From contig CM082592.2 in the NCBI GenBank assembly GCA_040954595.2, forward strand, positions 1,302,001 through 1,366,000: a stretch of 64,000 nucleotides of DNA, in the 5' to 3' direction. The notes beneath the pieces were generated by a model. That model worked only from the letters and a program-made list of their open reading frames with translations. It was not told the DNA's origin and did not search any database. The stretch's first letter is position 1; each line of letters opens with the position of its first letter. The stretch is from Balanoglossus misakiensis. Taxonomy: Eukaryota; Animalia; Hemichordata. Below, piece after piece: positions 48,409-61,250 of this stretch. Made by a program: the position numbers and the translations under genes.

Positions 48409-49538
48409 TTCATAGCGATTGTACATTTTGTGATAAAAGCACCAAACTTGGCTCAGATGTGCGTTAATTTGTACTAAACAAATTCAGATTGCGAGCCACA
48501 ATATCTGTTGATGAGTTTCCATGGCAACCATTTTTTTCATTTTTTTTCAAAATGGCCGCCACTACAGATAATCTCACCCATAAAATAACAATTATCAAAC
48601 ACCAAAATAAATTAATATTACAATATTTAAAACAAGAAACTGCTCAAAGAGTAATTTTCAAAATATTTATCATCACTAAACTAGTTATAGGGGAAAATGA
48701 AGGATCGAGATGCCGTCACTAAAGAAATTCAAGTTTGGTAATAACCCCGGTTACAACAAACTGTATAACCATAGATATATTATAATAGTGGCCTGGCTTA
48801 AACAAAATTTTCATAACATTTGGGCATTTTGTGATAAAAGTTTAACAAGTGAAGCTCAGTTGTTTCGTTATGTTCCCCATAAAAATATCTTTGATGACCA
48901 AAATTCCAAATTTAGTCAACCCAGGAAAAAACGGCATCTTGCTTCTCAACCTTATAAATTGATCTGACTAGTTTGAATCAGTGCAGAATCTAGCTTTTCT
49001 ATTTTATCTTCATCAAATGATTCATGCAAATAAAGAATCAATTCCCCATAAAATGGTGGCAGAAAGCCAGTATCATGACAGTCGATTGGTTTGTTTAAGT
49101 TACTATAGAAACTAACTATGTCTAGTTTGCATGTACATAGATAGATGTTAGGAATCAAAATCAAAATCTGTTTCAAACTTTTCATCCAATACTTGTCCTT
49201 CGGAAAGCGTTTTGATGAAGTCGCTTGAAGTGCTTTGTATTGCTCATTTTATCGATAATATTAATCGCACCTTGATGATAGTCAGCAGTTCTATTTTGGC
49301 ATGTTATTTTGTGTATTTTTGAACCCTAAAATCAAAGAATAAAATGATAAAGTGAAAATAAGCTTCAAAACACCAAAAGTCTTCAGGGTCACAGCTTTTC
49401 TGTAAAGAGTAAGATTTCGCTTACTTCATGCTATTAAATGAAGTTTTCCGTAAAATCTCTTGCAAAGTCAGATCTCTACACATCGAGATATTAGAATGGA
49501 AGTACATTCCAAGTAACTTGTTGGGAGCATTGGGCCAC

Positions 49539-49670
49539 CTAAGCGTATTTGCATATTTTCCATGGGTTATAGCTCATGAAAACTGTCAATAGATGACAAA
49601 TTTTCGACTTTGCTGATGATTGTTTATCAACTGATGCAAAGAACAAACAATAGCTATGAAAATACGCCTA
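49539..49670. mobile_element. Small inverted-repeat element at the truncation point of the Academ-like copy
   Basis: TAAGCGTATTTGCATA ... TATGAAAATACGCCTA. Confidence 0.5.
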
Positions 49671-50199
49671 GTCTGTCGCCCAGTGACACCTATCGGAGAA
49701 TGGTATCACCCACACCATGGTGGGCGGAAGTTGGTCCTGGCGCTTTTTTTCCCATGATTCAAATTACAGTAAACGCCATATTGGAAATTCTGCCAACTTT
49801 CCCTAGATTTTGTAAAAAATCGCGCGACCTATACTTGGCGAATATGTTTTTTACTGAAAGAGTGACATCAAAGCTACCAAATTATGTAGAAATCAGCTAC
49901 GACGGATTTCCCCGTTAATACATATGGCGGGTGTGAATTTGACAGGTTTGGCAAACAGCTGTAAAGTGTGATATGATTGGTTTTATGGAACAATTTACCT
50001 GTTGCTCGATGGTGGTTGGAACAGATGCAGGACTGTTCCGAGATATTTAATTTCCCGCGATTCGCAGTAAAGCGGGAAATTGTTGTCTTATGTACAAACA
50101 GGTGCGAATTGTTTCATGGCCTATAGGGAGTCGTGTTGTATTGTGCGCTTGGTGTTTCAGCTTGCTGTATAAAAGCATGGGTTTGCAGGTGTTAGTCAT

Positions 50200-50879
50200 T
50201 CTAGCGGTCGCTTTCAGTGCCGTCCACTAGCTCACTAGTTTTTCCTCAATGTGTCTCAACCTCAGTCCTTAGTCTCGGTTACCCGGACTCTCTTCTCTTA
50301 CTCTCGTCTTCGGAGGGCGCTGCGCGAGAAAGAGAGTCTGGGATTACTGCAGGGGTGCGTTCGACGCACAAAGCGTTTTGTGAATGCTTGTGCCGGGCGC
50401 GTTTGTACTTCGTCGAACGATAAGCTTGCCTCTCACAAGAGGGCGCCGTCAATGACCTTTGGCTTTTCAGAGACAGCGGCCGTTAGCTTGGTTAAACTAT
50501 CACTACCTAAATCGACAAATATTCTGCTACTTCTTCGACAATATGCCCTGCGAGTCGTACTTCGGCTTACATGTCTGCCATTTTGAATTAATGAGATGTT
50601 CGCCGCGAGTCACCTCCGTCTTACGCCTTCCATTGTTACAAAACGTTCGTGAAAAACAAAGACAAAAGATCGTTCGACATGAAAATGTTTCCGAACGTTC
50701 CCGAACGCTTCGTACGTCGAACGCACCCCAGGTTAAATTTTCTAGGTCGCCCATGCACTCGTTGAAAACATGACCTAGGTCGGCCAACGTCTTTACGAGT
50801 GACGTTGGGCGACCTACGTCATGTTTTCCACGATTACGGTAGCAGGAAATGACACATTTATTTATTTTTAAATGTTTTT

Positions 50880-50925
<46 letters not shown>

Positions 50926-52150
50926 ACAACAACAACACGATTCATTCCTCAATTCCTTCCGATTTGTTATTGGATCCAGGGTGCACCGCTCGATTAGTAA
51001 AAGACGCTTCCGGCGCTGAAAATTTAACCTACAGTGTGATCCCAGACTCTCTTTCTCGCGCAGCGCCCTCCGAAGACGAGAGTAGGAGAAAAGAGTCTGG
51101 GTAACCGAGACTACCCCAGTCCGCCGTTCCTGTGGAAATACATGCACTCCAAACCATGATACAGGGATAGGTCCACGAAGCTGTCAGTAAAAGCAGTGAC
51201 AAACTCCTTTCCAACCTTGAACAGTTAATGACAAGTCGGTTTCAGGGCCTTGAGCAAGGTTTTTAGGCGAGCCAACGTGAGTTCGCTCAGAGCCAAATCT
51301 CTGCCATGAAAGAACTGAAATACAGCGATAGAAGAAGGGCTGCGAGATGCAGATTCGTTTTAACCAACAAGTTATTGACCAATTGGACGAGGCCCACACT
51401 CAGCTGGCTTCCATTCCTCAGCCTATTTCCAAGGAGATTTCTTCGGCATAGGACTGTATTGTTAAAGGTAATGAACTTTGAGCTCATCGCCAAAAGCTAA
51501 TTAGGATAGCCGACAAGTCTGACCAAGGATGGTTATTGGTTGACTAACGCGAAACTCATGAGCTGGCGGAGGGGTCAGATGATGAGAAGAAAATCTATAG
51601 GGCGGAAGCTAAGGCAGCAAAGTGCCGAAAGGAATTGGCGAAGAAACGTTCACGTGGTGGGAATCCTTGGACATATCGTCCGTATGCTACAGACAGAGGA
51701 CGAACCGACTTCGCAGTATCTTCAGCAGAGTCGGGCCAGAGGAAACCTGGGACGTGTTTTGCATGTGGGAAGTTGGGTAATTGGAGACGGGAATGCCCAG
51801 CGTTCAAGCTATCCGGTAACCCAAGTATGGTCTCCGTTCCAGTTGAAAAGATCTGAAATTGGACGAAGTAGCTACGATGCCGTCAGTAAGGGCGCTGTTT
51901 CTCTAGGGAATACTGAATTACTGGAACTCGCCGAGAGGTTACCGGGTTATCTTTTGGCTTCTAGAAGTGAGAATACCACCAAGAAATATCATGGCTACTT
52001 CAGGAAATGGAAAAACTTCATCGAACCTAAATGAGAATCTGCTCTTCCAGCCAATGCCATTCATGTTGCACTTTTTATTACTTCTCTACTTGAACAGAAC
52101 ACGTCACATAATGTGATCCAAGCTTGTATCTATATGCAATTAAGTGGCGG
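50200..52150 (+). mobile_element. Ngaro-like tyrosine-recombinase retrotransposon relic (gag plus YR N-terminus; RT/RNase H deleted)
   Basis: KLIRIADKSDQGW...ELAEGSDDEKKIYRAEAKA, zinc knuckle CFACGKLGNWRREC, then LLASRSENTTKKYHGYFRKWKNF...IHVALFITSLLE. Boundaries approximate. Confidence 0.75.
50270..51113. mobile_element. Element with inverted termini of about 77 bp that are themselves hairpins (CryptonV-like), inserted in the Ngaro-like gag
   Basis: TAGTCTCGGTTACCCRGACTC...GAGAGTCTGGGATYAC at both ends; flanks CCTCAGTCC / CCCCAGTCC; internal (CAT)n at 50881-50924. Confidence 0.8.
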
Positions 52151-54277
52151 AATGAGTGGCAAACTGTTCCCTGAAAGTGATTGGCGTTTGTAACTAACAA
52201 TTTGCCTATTTTTTCACAATGCGTAGTATGTCCTGCGTGATGGCAGTTGAGACAGCTGCGAGACTGTTCGCTAATGGTGATGGGTGGGTTTATGGAATAA
52301 TTTACTTATTGTTCCATGGCAGATGTGAGGTCATTTGCAATCAGAACAGCCTTGACGGGGATTGGTGGTTTAAAGGTAGGGCCCTACCGAGCAAAAATCA
52401 ATAAATGTGGGCGTGGCTAAAGCTCTGACGCCACTATACAATGTATATTGTTACAACAATTGACCTCTCACCTCCGAAATGGAACACACACTCAAAATGT
52501 AAACATCTGCACGTGTTTATTTTTCATACACGATACAGTACTTCCAACCATTTTCCCCACAGTTTTGAATACGGACGTTTTTCGAACTCGTACTAGCCCA
52601 ACTTCCTTTTCAAATTTCGTTGCTTGTCTCATGCATTCACTGCTGTCGGACGGGTAGGTCCCCCTGCGGCGATTCACTTGGCTCCGATCGCGAGTTGAAT
52701 CTCTGAGACTAATGGGTCGAGTAGGTGGACCAACTAGACGCTGTTGATTATTTGCTTCGACGGCCTCAGTTTGCATCATGATTTGCAGACTTTTTTGTTA
52801 TATGATTATAATTTCTTATTATTAGAACGGAACTTTTGATATTGTGATGACTTGCATGCGATAAATTTACTACCAAATATTGGCGCAAAAGTGTGAGTAG
52901 AATTGCAACATTTTACCAAAACTTCGTACGGGTCGCGCCCGCCAAAAGCAAACACATTTCTATACCCACGCGATCCAGCTAGTTCGTACGTACCCGCGGA
53001 ACGTGTTGTCAGCTGAATCTATCATGTCGACCCGAATTATCAAGATAGCGGTCACTGAAGAGCAGGAGAAAGCACTGGCAATTTTCTCTGCCATGAATGA
53101 ATGGGAGCTTTCGCTCATCGACCGGCGGGGGGCACATAAGTTCACCTGGCTGCCGCGGGAGTTAGTACTGTGCGTGGTATCCGCTACCGGCTAGTTTGAT
53201 GCGGGGGACACTGCCGGTCTATCGGATGCAGCAGCCGTCGGAGTAAACACCGTTCCATGAGCACATCGGCTTCCGGAGATGCGGTCAACTCCTGTGAGTT
53301 TTGTTTTTGATCACAATGTGTTACCACACATAGGCAGTCTTGGCTAGTCAGTGGTCTCTACCCGAATTTACCCGGTGTTTCTTACGTTGGGCATAAATGG
53401 CACTGATGAGGATTTCCCCTCTTCACTTTGTACGGTTGGTACACAAATACAAACGGTCCTTTTCAGGACCAACACAATTTCCAAGAAGAGAACTACCGAA
53501 TTTATGGATGTGTGCATGTTCATGTGTGATAAATTTGGTATGATCACATCCCCATTTTCAGGTCACGCACACTTTGCAATCAACGCCACAATGTATCAAT
53601 GGTGCCCAATTTTGATTTGCATAATACGTCAATCACGCAGATTCAAACTGAAAAACGTACTGATATACCGGTCATAGCTCGGGGACAAAATGATTTCATC
53701 TTCGGTTTTCGAAAGTATTTTCAAATTGTATTGCACCAGAAACCGCGGATGTCGTGTATGAAACTCATGCACTCCTTTCTGAATTTAGAGACAACAAAAT
53801 CATCGGTAGACCTAAATTTACTGTCTTTTATGGACAAAGTCCGTTCTGTTGTTAGTAAGTTTGAATCTCCCACCATTATGCCAACTCTCGCGTGCTCTCG
53901 CGCTTTTATACGGGAGTTCCGCCTTTAACAAGGACATGTGATGAGCATGATGCCTGCCATTGGACAAGAGTTTGCCAATGTCAGGTGACCACTGTCAAGT
54001 GTCAGACGCAAAGCCCCATCCAGGTGATGAATGATTTCTAGTGGGAAAACGCATGCATTCAATTTTCAAAGAGAGCAATGTTGATTCTGCAGAATATGCG
54101 TTAAAGCTGTCAACTGGGTATTTCATTATGCTTCCAAGATCCTAAACCAGAATCTGCACTACAAAGTAAAATACTGAAGAGAAATTCAAAAGTTGCATGT
54201 CTTAACAAACTGTAACTTGTTCACGAAGTTCATTTTCTTCCATACTCTAATATGATGTATGTTGTCTTTGCTTAAAG

Positions 54278-55112
54278 GTGGCAGGAGTTCTTATGAAGCA
54301 TTCTTCCGCTTTAAACCCAATCATCGTACAAGGGTGTTGAAAGTGGGAGGAGAAACAGAGGTTAACTATGATCCAGACGAGACAGTATGTAAAATGCATC
54401 TTTTGTACGCTTGCTTATCACAATTTTAAGGATTCAAAAGCTAGGGTGACGGTGTTATGAAATGATTAGACATACATGTATGTGAAAGGGACAAAGCCTC
54501 TCTCACTGCCCCTTTTTCATTAATTGTGTTTATTACAAGACACCATCCCACTGAAATAGTTTCGGTCGCTCTACAGTTACAGGAAAAATGTCAGGAATTA
54601 AACCAGGAGATAGGTATGGTGTGTCGATAGAACTGAGAGCCCTGGATTTTTTTTGTCCCACGGCGTACCGTGGAATGATATACAGAGGTTCTTAAACCAT
54701 GGTATTCCTATAGATTTAGCAATTATAGAAATGTCGAAGGAAGATATTGAACAGTGGTTGAATGAATTGGCAGTACTTCAAGCTGAAGTCAAGACATCGC
54801 CTGATAATGCTGCAGTAAAAGTAGCACAAAGGAAACTGGGAATGGAACCTCCATCTCAATATAACGTTGGGGATAGTGTTCTTGTCAGGTTCAAAGGGCA
54901 AGACACAAGACTTATTAGTGAAGGGAGATCAACTCCAAGAACAGTTGAAGCAACAGTTGTCGAAAGAAACTTGGACAAATTCCTATATAAAGTACAGTAT
55001 TTGTCACCAATCAATCAGAGGGAAATAACAGAATGGAGAAAAGTTGATGATATAAGATCAACAACCAGACCAGAAGAGAAAAGAAGGCAAGAATTGGCTG
55101 AGGAAAATTACG
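54278..55112 (+). mobile_element. Intron-containing Ginger-like integrase C-terminal fragment (exons 54278-54384, 54577-54613, 54714-about 55112)
   Basis: In-frame GT-AG chain GRSSYEAFFRFKPN.../LQEKCQELNQEI/DLAII...PPSQYNVGDSVLVR...WRKVDDIRSTT; resembles the end of an integrase core plus a GPY/F/SH3-like region. Confidence 0.6.
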
Positions 55113-55264
55113 GTATCAAAGGTGTGTTATTGCATGGATACCAGTTAAATTGATCGCTATGAACATACATGTAAACTATCACACTTGATTGTTACAATTA
55201 TATAATTATATATGGCAACATTGCAGTATGGCGGGCCATCGCTGCCTCTGCCGAAATACATAAA

Positions 55265-55580
55265 TATATCTATAGTTTGTGTGTTTTTGTTTTTGTTTTT
55301 GTTTGTTTGTGTGTTTTTGTCTGAAGATAAAATAAAAACGAAATTAAAAACAAAATTGAATAAAAACATTGAAAAGAAAAGAAAACAAATTAAAATGAAA
55401 ATAAAATGAAAAGAAATTAAAAACAAAACAAAATAAAAATATAAATAAAATAAAAACGAAATTAAAAACAAAATTGAATAAAACAAAAATTTGAAAAGAA
55501 AACAAAATAAAATGAAAAGAAAATGAAAAGAAAGTAAAAAAACTAAAAAAAAAAACTAAAAGTGAAATGAAATGAAATGC
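55265..55580. repeat. Low-complexity T-rich then A-rich tract
   Basis: Directly visible AAAAT/AAAAC-type degenerate repeats. Confidence 0.9.
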
Positions 55581-55969
55581 AATTCGTTTTACGGCCACCA
55601 TAGACATAACACGCAATGGCAGTGGCAGGTCCAGGCCTACGTATTTCAAGGATTTTTTTTCCGAATGAAATTTTTTTCACCCATGGACTACAGCTGCCGT
55701 AGTCCATGGACGAAAGCTGCCGTTAGCCTACAGCTGCCACAGTATCTCGTGACGATGCTTTGTACAACAACATGAACGGGCCCGGCCAGGCCTGTCATCA
55801 ATGCATAATCGCCTGTCTCGTAGTATATGTAGTTCTGCGTGGCAGGGCTAACAACACAGCCTTCGCTTGCCACGCAGAGCTAGGTTGAGGCCGGTCGGGC
55901 CTGTCATGTCTCGTAATAGCTCTGTGTTCTCCCGGCATTACATGCACGGCCTCCACCACTGGTGGACTG

Positions 55970-58900
55970 GTGCCACGCTTCTACAACAGTTTTACAATTG
56001 CAAACAGGAAGACAAAGAGACAGTAGCAGGATATGGGTGTCGTCTGGAGCTGGCCATTAATAAAGCAAAAGAAAGAGGTGGGATAGCAGCCACGGCAGTG
56101 GATGAGGCCCTCAGAACCGTATTTTGGAAAGGTTTACGCGAAAAAAGAGTCAAAATTGTTGCACGACACCGCTATGACATGGCAAGTCCTTTGATGAACT
56201 TCTTCGTATTGTCCGGTCGTCAGAACAGGAAGTGAAGGAGAAATTTGGCGGTGGTAAACCATCACACTCCAGTGGTTCTTATCAGTCCACCGCTCGCAGT
56301 CAGACGGAGTCTGAGGACATGGAAGGCAACCCTGTTATGAACGAATTACGACAGCACGTCCAGTCCTTAGCAGCTAGACTTAGAGGTGACAGTGTCAAGG
56401 CCACACCGCAAGATGCGCCCGCACAACAAGGTCGAGGAAGAGGTAGGCCCAGGGAGAGAAGACCTTCCGATCAAGGGACTAGTACAAGGAGACCGAGAGA
56501 GAAAAGTCCAGAAGGCAATGGTCGCATACCAGGACCCATACGCTGTTTTAGGTGTGGACAGGAAGGACATATAGCCAGAGGTTGCAGAAACCCAAGAGTA
56601 GACAATACCAAAAGTGAATCCGCCGAGCCAGTTCAGTTAAACCCGGAGCTGCCTCCACCGGTGGGCGGGTGGTAGGCAGGACATGAGAGCAAGCCCATTC
56701 CAATATCATTGTGCACCGTCAGTCTGTACTTAATCGCATCGTAGGTGATCCAAATGAAGAAGACGGCATTTATAAACGGAGTGTACTGCCGTAGCTTGAT
56801 CGACACTGGGTCACAAGTCACCACAGTTGGGGAATCCTTCTACAGAAGTAACCTATCATCCTGCCTAATGCACCCAATTGAAGAACTTTTGACAATTACT
56901 GGTGCACAGGGCCAAGAGGTTGAATTCCTTGGTTACATAGAGACACAAATTTATTTCCCCAACGATGTGTTCGGGTCTGACAGGGCCTTTGATGTATTGG
57001 TACTAGTGGTACTGGACACGGCCTACAACCTTGAGGTGCCCTTATGTGTTGGTACCAATCTCATTAATCAGTATCGTATATGTAGTAGAACGTATCATCG
57101 GGGATGCAGGGTCGCCCAGACTATGCGTATATCAGCCACTGTCCAGGATGCGTACGACCATTTGAATAGGAGAGACAAATTTTGTGGAGAAAATGGTAAT
57201 CTGGGGGTGGTGAGAGCGCAGTTGCGCCGCCCAGTGAGAGTCGACCAAGGTACTGTTGTCAACATTTCCGGCAAAGGTGAACCCAGCCCGAAGGGTGATG
57301 AATATATTGTTACGGTTGAACCAAAGAAGGGAAGAGACTTACCTGTCAGCCTTGTGGCCAGTCCTTCGGTGTTGACTATGAGGTGAAAGAGAAGTAAATT
57401 GACCGTACAGATGCAAATTTTTTCCAACAAAACTATGATCATCAGACATGGAGACGTCCTTGGTGAGATACATGCTGTCACCTGGGTAGGGGCACCTGTG
57501 GATCACCAGGCTGGGATGCACCAAACAACTGTCGCCGGTAGTGATGGTCCAGACGTAGACCTATTTGACTCAGAAACTGAAATTGACTTAAGCCATTAAC
57601 CTCTCGATCGTTCTCAGTGTGAATTAGCTCGAGAACTATTGAAGAGGAAATCGGATGTATTCTCTAAACACGAGAATGACCTCAGGTATTGTACAGCAGT
57701 GAAACACGAAATACCCCTAACCGACCCCCACCTATTCGTCAGAGACATCGCCGAATACCGCCTGCCATGTATGATGAAGTGAGGTCCCTCCTTCAATGTA
57801 TGTTAGCCATTGGAGCCATTCGCGAGTCCAGCTGTCCATGGGCATCACCCATCTAACTTGTTCGCAAAAAGGATGGCAGTATTCGCCTTAGCATAGACTA
57901 TGGAAAGCTGAACTCGAAAACTATCAAAGACTCCTATGCTATACCCAGGATAGAAGAGAGCATGGACGCTTTGAAAGGAGCGAAGTGGTTTTCCACAATT
58001 GACTTGAAAAGCGGCTATTGGCAAATCGGCATGGCCGATGAGGACAGAGCCAAGACTGCATTTACTACACCCTTTGGATTTTATGAGTGCAACCGGATGC
58101 CATTTGGATTGACCAATGCGCCGAGCACATTTCAGAGGCTGATGGAGAGATGTATGGGGGGCTATAACCTTTTTAACATATGCCTTTTTTTCGCACTTTT
58201 GAAGAGCACCTCCATAGACTTGAGGTTGTCCTTGATCGCCTCCAGGAGTATGGTCTGAAAGTGAAAGCATCGAAGTGCCAACTGTTCCGGTCTGAAGTGA
58301 AATATCTGGGTCACGTGGTGTCGGCTGATGGCGTAAGGACCGACCCAGACAAAGTTGAGGCACTCAAGACATGGCCGGTTCCCAGGAATGTACATGAGGT
58401 GAAATCCTTTCTGGGCTTTGCAGGCTACTATCGGATATTTGTTCCTGGCTTCTCAAAACTTGCAAAACCACTGAACGATTTGACAGTTAGGCTCCCCACC
58501 AGACACAAGAATCGTATCAAAACATTAACTGCACGGAGCCGTGAGTTTGTTTGGACACAGCAGTGCCAAGCTGCGTTCGAGGATATAATTGAAAAACTAT
58601 CGAGTCCACCTGTGCTTGCATATGCCGACTACCACGCCCCATTCGAACTTCACACTGATGCCAGCCTAAATGGTCTTGGAGCCGCCCTATACCAAGAACA
58701 AGACGGCAAGAAACAAGTCGTTGCCTATGCGAGCAGGGGCTTATCAAACAGCGAAAGGAACTATCCAGCCCATATACTCGAGTTTCTAGCCCTTAAATGG
58801 GCAGTCATTGACAAGTTCCATGACTATTTGTGCGGGAATTCATTCAAGATTGTCACCGATAACAACCCTCTTACCTACATTACAATGAGTGCCAAATAAG

Positions 58901-59586
58901 ATGCCACTGGCCACCGTTGGCTTGCCGCGCTCTCGATGTACAACTTCAGCCTTGCTTACAGACCAGGTGCCAGAAATGCCGATGCTGACGGCCTTTCTCG
59001 TCGTCCCCATCCTTCCAGTGTACAGAACGAATTGACCAGTGACCCAGTCGCAGATTTCGTGAATCGTTGTCATATGAAACACGAAGAAATGCCGTGTGAG
59101 TCTGTCCAGGCTATTTGTCAGTCTTACTTGGCGTCCAAGACCCCGTTGGTAGAGGCAGTAGGTTGTGATGTCACAGCAGTGCCAGATGCTATGGATAACC
59201 CACCCCTATTGCCAGGGATCAAGTCTTTGCCGTCATTGACAAAGGAGGAGTGGAGGGCTGCACAGCAGAGTGACCCAGCCATACATCGTGTCATCATCCT
59301 GAAGGACAATGGAAAATTGCCTACCAAGAATAGTCGAAAGACAGAGAGTGTGGAGGTTGTACGGCTTCTTAACGAATGGGATCGACTGTGCTACAGAAAT
59401 GGTATCTTGTACAGGGCGCGTACCGCTCCAAGTGGTGGAAAACGCTATCAGCTGGTGCTCCCCAGGCAGTACAGAGCTATGGTACTCAGAGGTCTGCACG
59501 ATGAGGTCGGTCCCCTCGGCATGGAAAGGACCTTAGACTTGGTTAGGTCCCGTTTCTTTTGGCCATATATGGCCAAAGACTTGTGA
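55970..59586 (+). mobile_element. Gypsy/Ty3 LTR retrotransposon internal region (gag, protease, RT, RNase H, integrase N-terminus); truncated at both ends, dead
   Basis: gag QQFYNCKQ...FWKGLR and CFRCGQEGHIARGC; protease LIDTGSQVT; RT IDLKSGYWQI, MPFGLTNAPSTFQRLM, KYLGHVV; RNase H TDASL...LEFLALKWAV; integrase LHDEVG...RFFWP. No LTR seen. Confidence 0.95.
56636..56679 (+). promoter_or_regulatory. Probable -1 programmed ribosomal frameshift signal (gag-pol)
   Basis: G_TTA_AAC in the gag frame, 6-nt spacer, stem CTGCCTCCACC / GGTGG(T)AGGCAG; the -1 frame gives LNRIVGDPNE ahead of the protease. Confidence 0.75.
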
Positions 59587-60164
59587 AAAAGGTATCAGGC
59601 GAAAGATGCCACCAGGTGCCACCATAATGTATATGTATGGTTTCTACATCAAAATGACTCTATACGTAGCTCTCAATTACCGTGGTGAGATTGAGTTTCT
59701 CCGCTACCCGTATTGTTGGCAAAAAGCCGCGATCCAGTATTTTGGACTCATTGTATTTCCGATTTTGCATGAGGAAAACGTGCTCTGTAGTTTGAAAGTT
59801 CTAGTGGTAGAGCGCCATCTATGGCGACCTGTTCGTTCTCTACCACTTTCGTTTTCAACGTTGCGCCTAGCCGTATTCGTTTTCAGTACTTGCTGTAAGG
59901 TTTTTCTCCATTTCTCAGTTTATCTCGTGAGATTCTGTGAGATTCATAAAAGTTCTTGAAACATCAGCAGGCTTCTGTTACTGCTTGTTTTGTATATTCA
60001 AGATCTGTGCAGCAGTGAATATGTTTACTGTAGGCGTACACTCTTTATTTTAACAGAATCCCCGAAAATTGGTTACATATGCTAAATTTATGACTGACAA
60101 GTTCATCTGTTGAGGCTGTATTTTTGGTTCCTGGGGGTCTGTTTCTTTGTGGGCCATTTTCATT

Positions 60165-60560
60165 TGTTTTGTTTTTCTCAATGTCATCTTTTTCATCAAG
60201 CCAGGTGAAAGTTTGATTGAGCTTATTCATCGGTAGTGTTGCCCGAGTGTTGCGTTTGGTAGCTGGTGACAGTCATTATGGTCATAGTGCCCAAAGTCAT
60301 TGACACTGACCAGATTCTCCTTCCTTGTGTGCTCTGTATTTTCTCTGTCTTCTGCGATTAGTTGTGTGTATTTTCCACCTGGTAAGTATTCCCCTAGTTG
60401 CTTGATGGTAATATATTTGCTGCCGACTGACAACGCTTCAATGAATTCTGCTGTCATTATATTAATGTCAGTGGTGTGTGTGTTATCAAAAACTGACTTT
60501 AACAGAAGCACCTCTCTCAGGTGCGTACCTCTCTCCAAAGATTGGCTCGATTTCAGGTGA
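60165..60560 (-). mobile_element. Degenerate DNA-transposase C-terminal fragment (hAT-like)
   Basis: KQLGEYLPGGKY...ENLVSVNDFG..D...PNAT...NQTFTWL resembles a recalled transposase C-terminal motif; family uncertain. Confidence 0.45.
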
Positions 60561-60602
60561 CAGAGAGGGCAGGTACCATCTTCACACCATTTACTAAATG
60601 TG

Positions 60603-61250
60603 TTTATTATACCTCACTCTGTATTCCGTACTATTGATTGGCTGAGACCGTACCACGTGACATAGAAAAGAACGTGATATTACATGGTTGACAGAGTATA
60701 TGGCCCGTAGGTAGGGGCTACGGGCCGGGGATACAGGCAGGCTGAGAACAGGTTTTAGGTTCTGCGCATCTTTTCTGCGCATAACAAACTGTCGTTCAAT
60801 GGCTTCCTTTACGATCAGTCAACTCCCGCATATATGGCTTCAAAGCGACACACAGGATTAACACCTGTTCAACTGGACGATATTTTACCGCAAACGGGCA
60901 GTAAATACACCAAAGTCGCAACCAACAGCGCGGTTTCCTCAAGATTATCAGAGTTCGAAGTAGGTATGGCGAGATATTTTAGTTCGCTGCAACCTGCAAT
61001 GTACGACATGGACGCAACCCTCTAGGCTGTATGTATGGTCAAATGTTCGGTATAATAAAATTAATAACACATGTCATGCTCGGGCAATATCATGATCTTT
61101 GGCCTGCACGAGGGATGGTGATCTCTGACCATAATATTGATGATACCTCGCCTGTGGCTCGGGCATCATCAATATTATGGTCAGAGATCACCATCCCTCG
61201 TGCAGGCCAAAGATCATGATATTGCCCTCGCTAACATGTGTTATTATTTA
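60603..61250. mobile_element. CryptonA-like non-autonomous element with a terminal hairpin of about 185 bp
   Basis: GATTGGCTGAG...CACGTGAC at the left end; near-perfect hairpin 61064-61245 centred on CTCGCCTGTGGCTCGG. Confidence 0.62.

Larger units (their letters stand above)
43515..49541 (+). mobile_element. Second, right-truncated Academ-like copy (43515-43535 plus 48409-49541), split by the DIRS element
   Basis: TAGTGGAGCGGCCAAACCCCA | ATT | TTCATAGCGATTG..., colinear with about 12800-13700. Confidence 0.88.

Noticed and set aside
52450-53930. Cluster of short ORFs suggesting a decayed minus-strand gene
   Set aside because: Multiple stops and no motif I could name; needs a translated homology search.
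55157-55649. Phe-rich and Lys-rich ORFs resembling membrane proteins
   Set aside because: Artefacts of the A-rich low-complexity tract.
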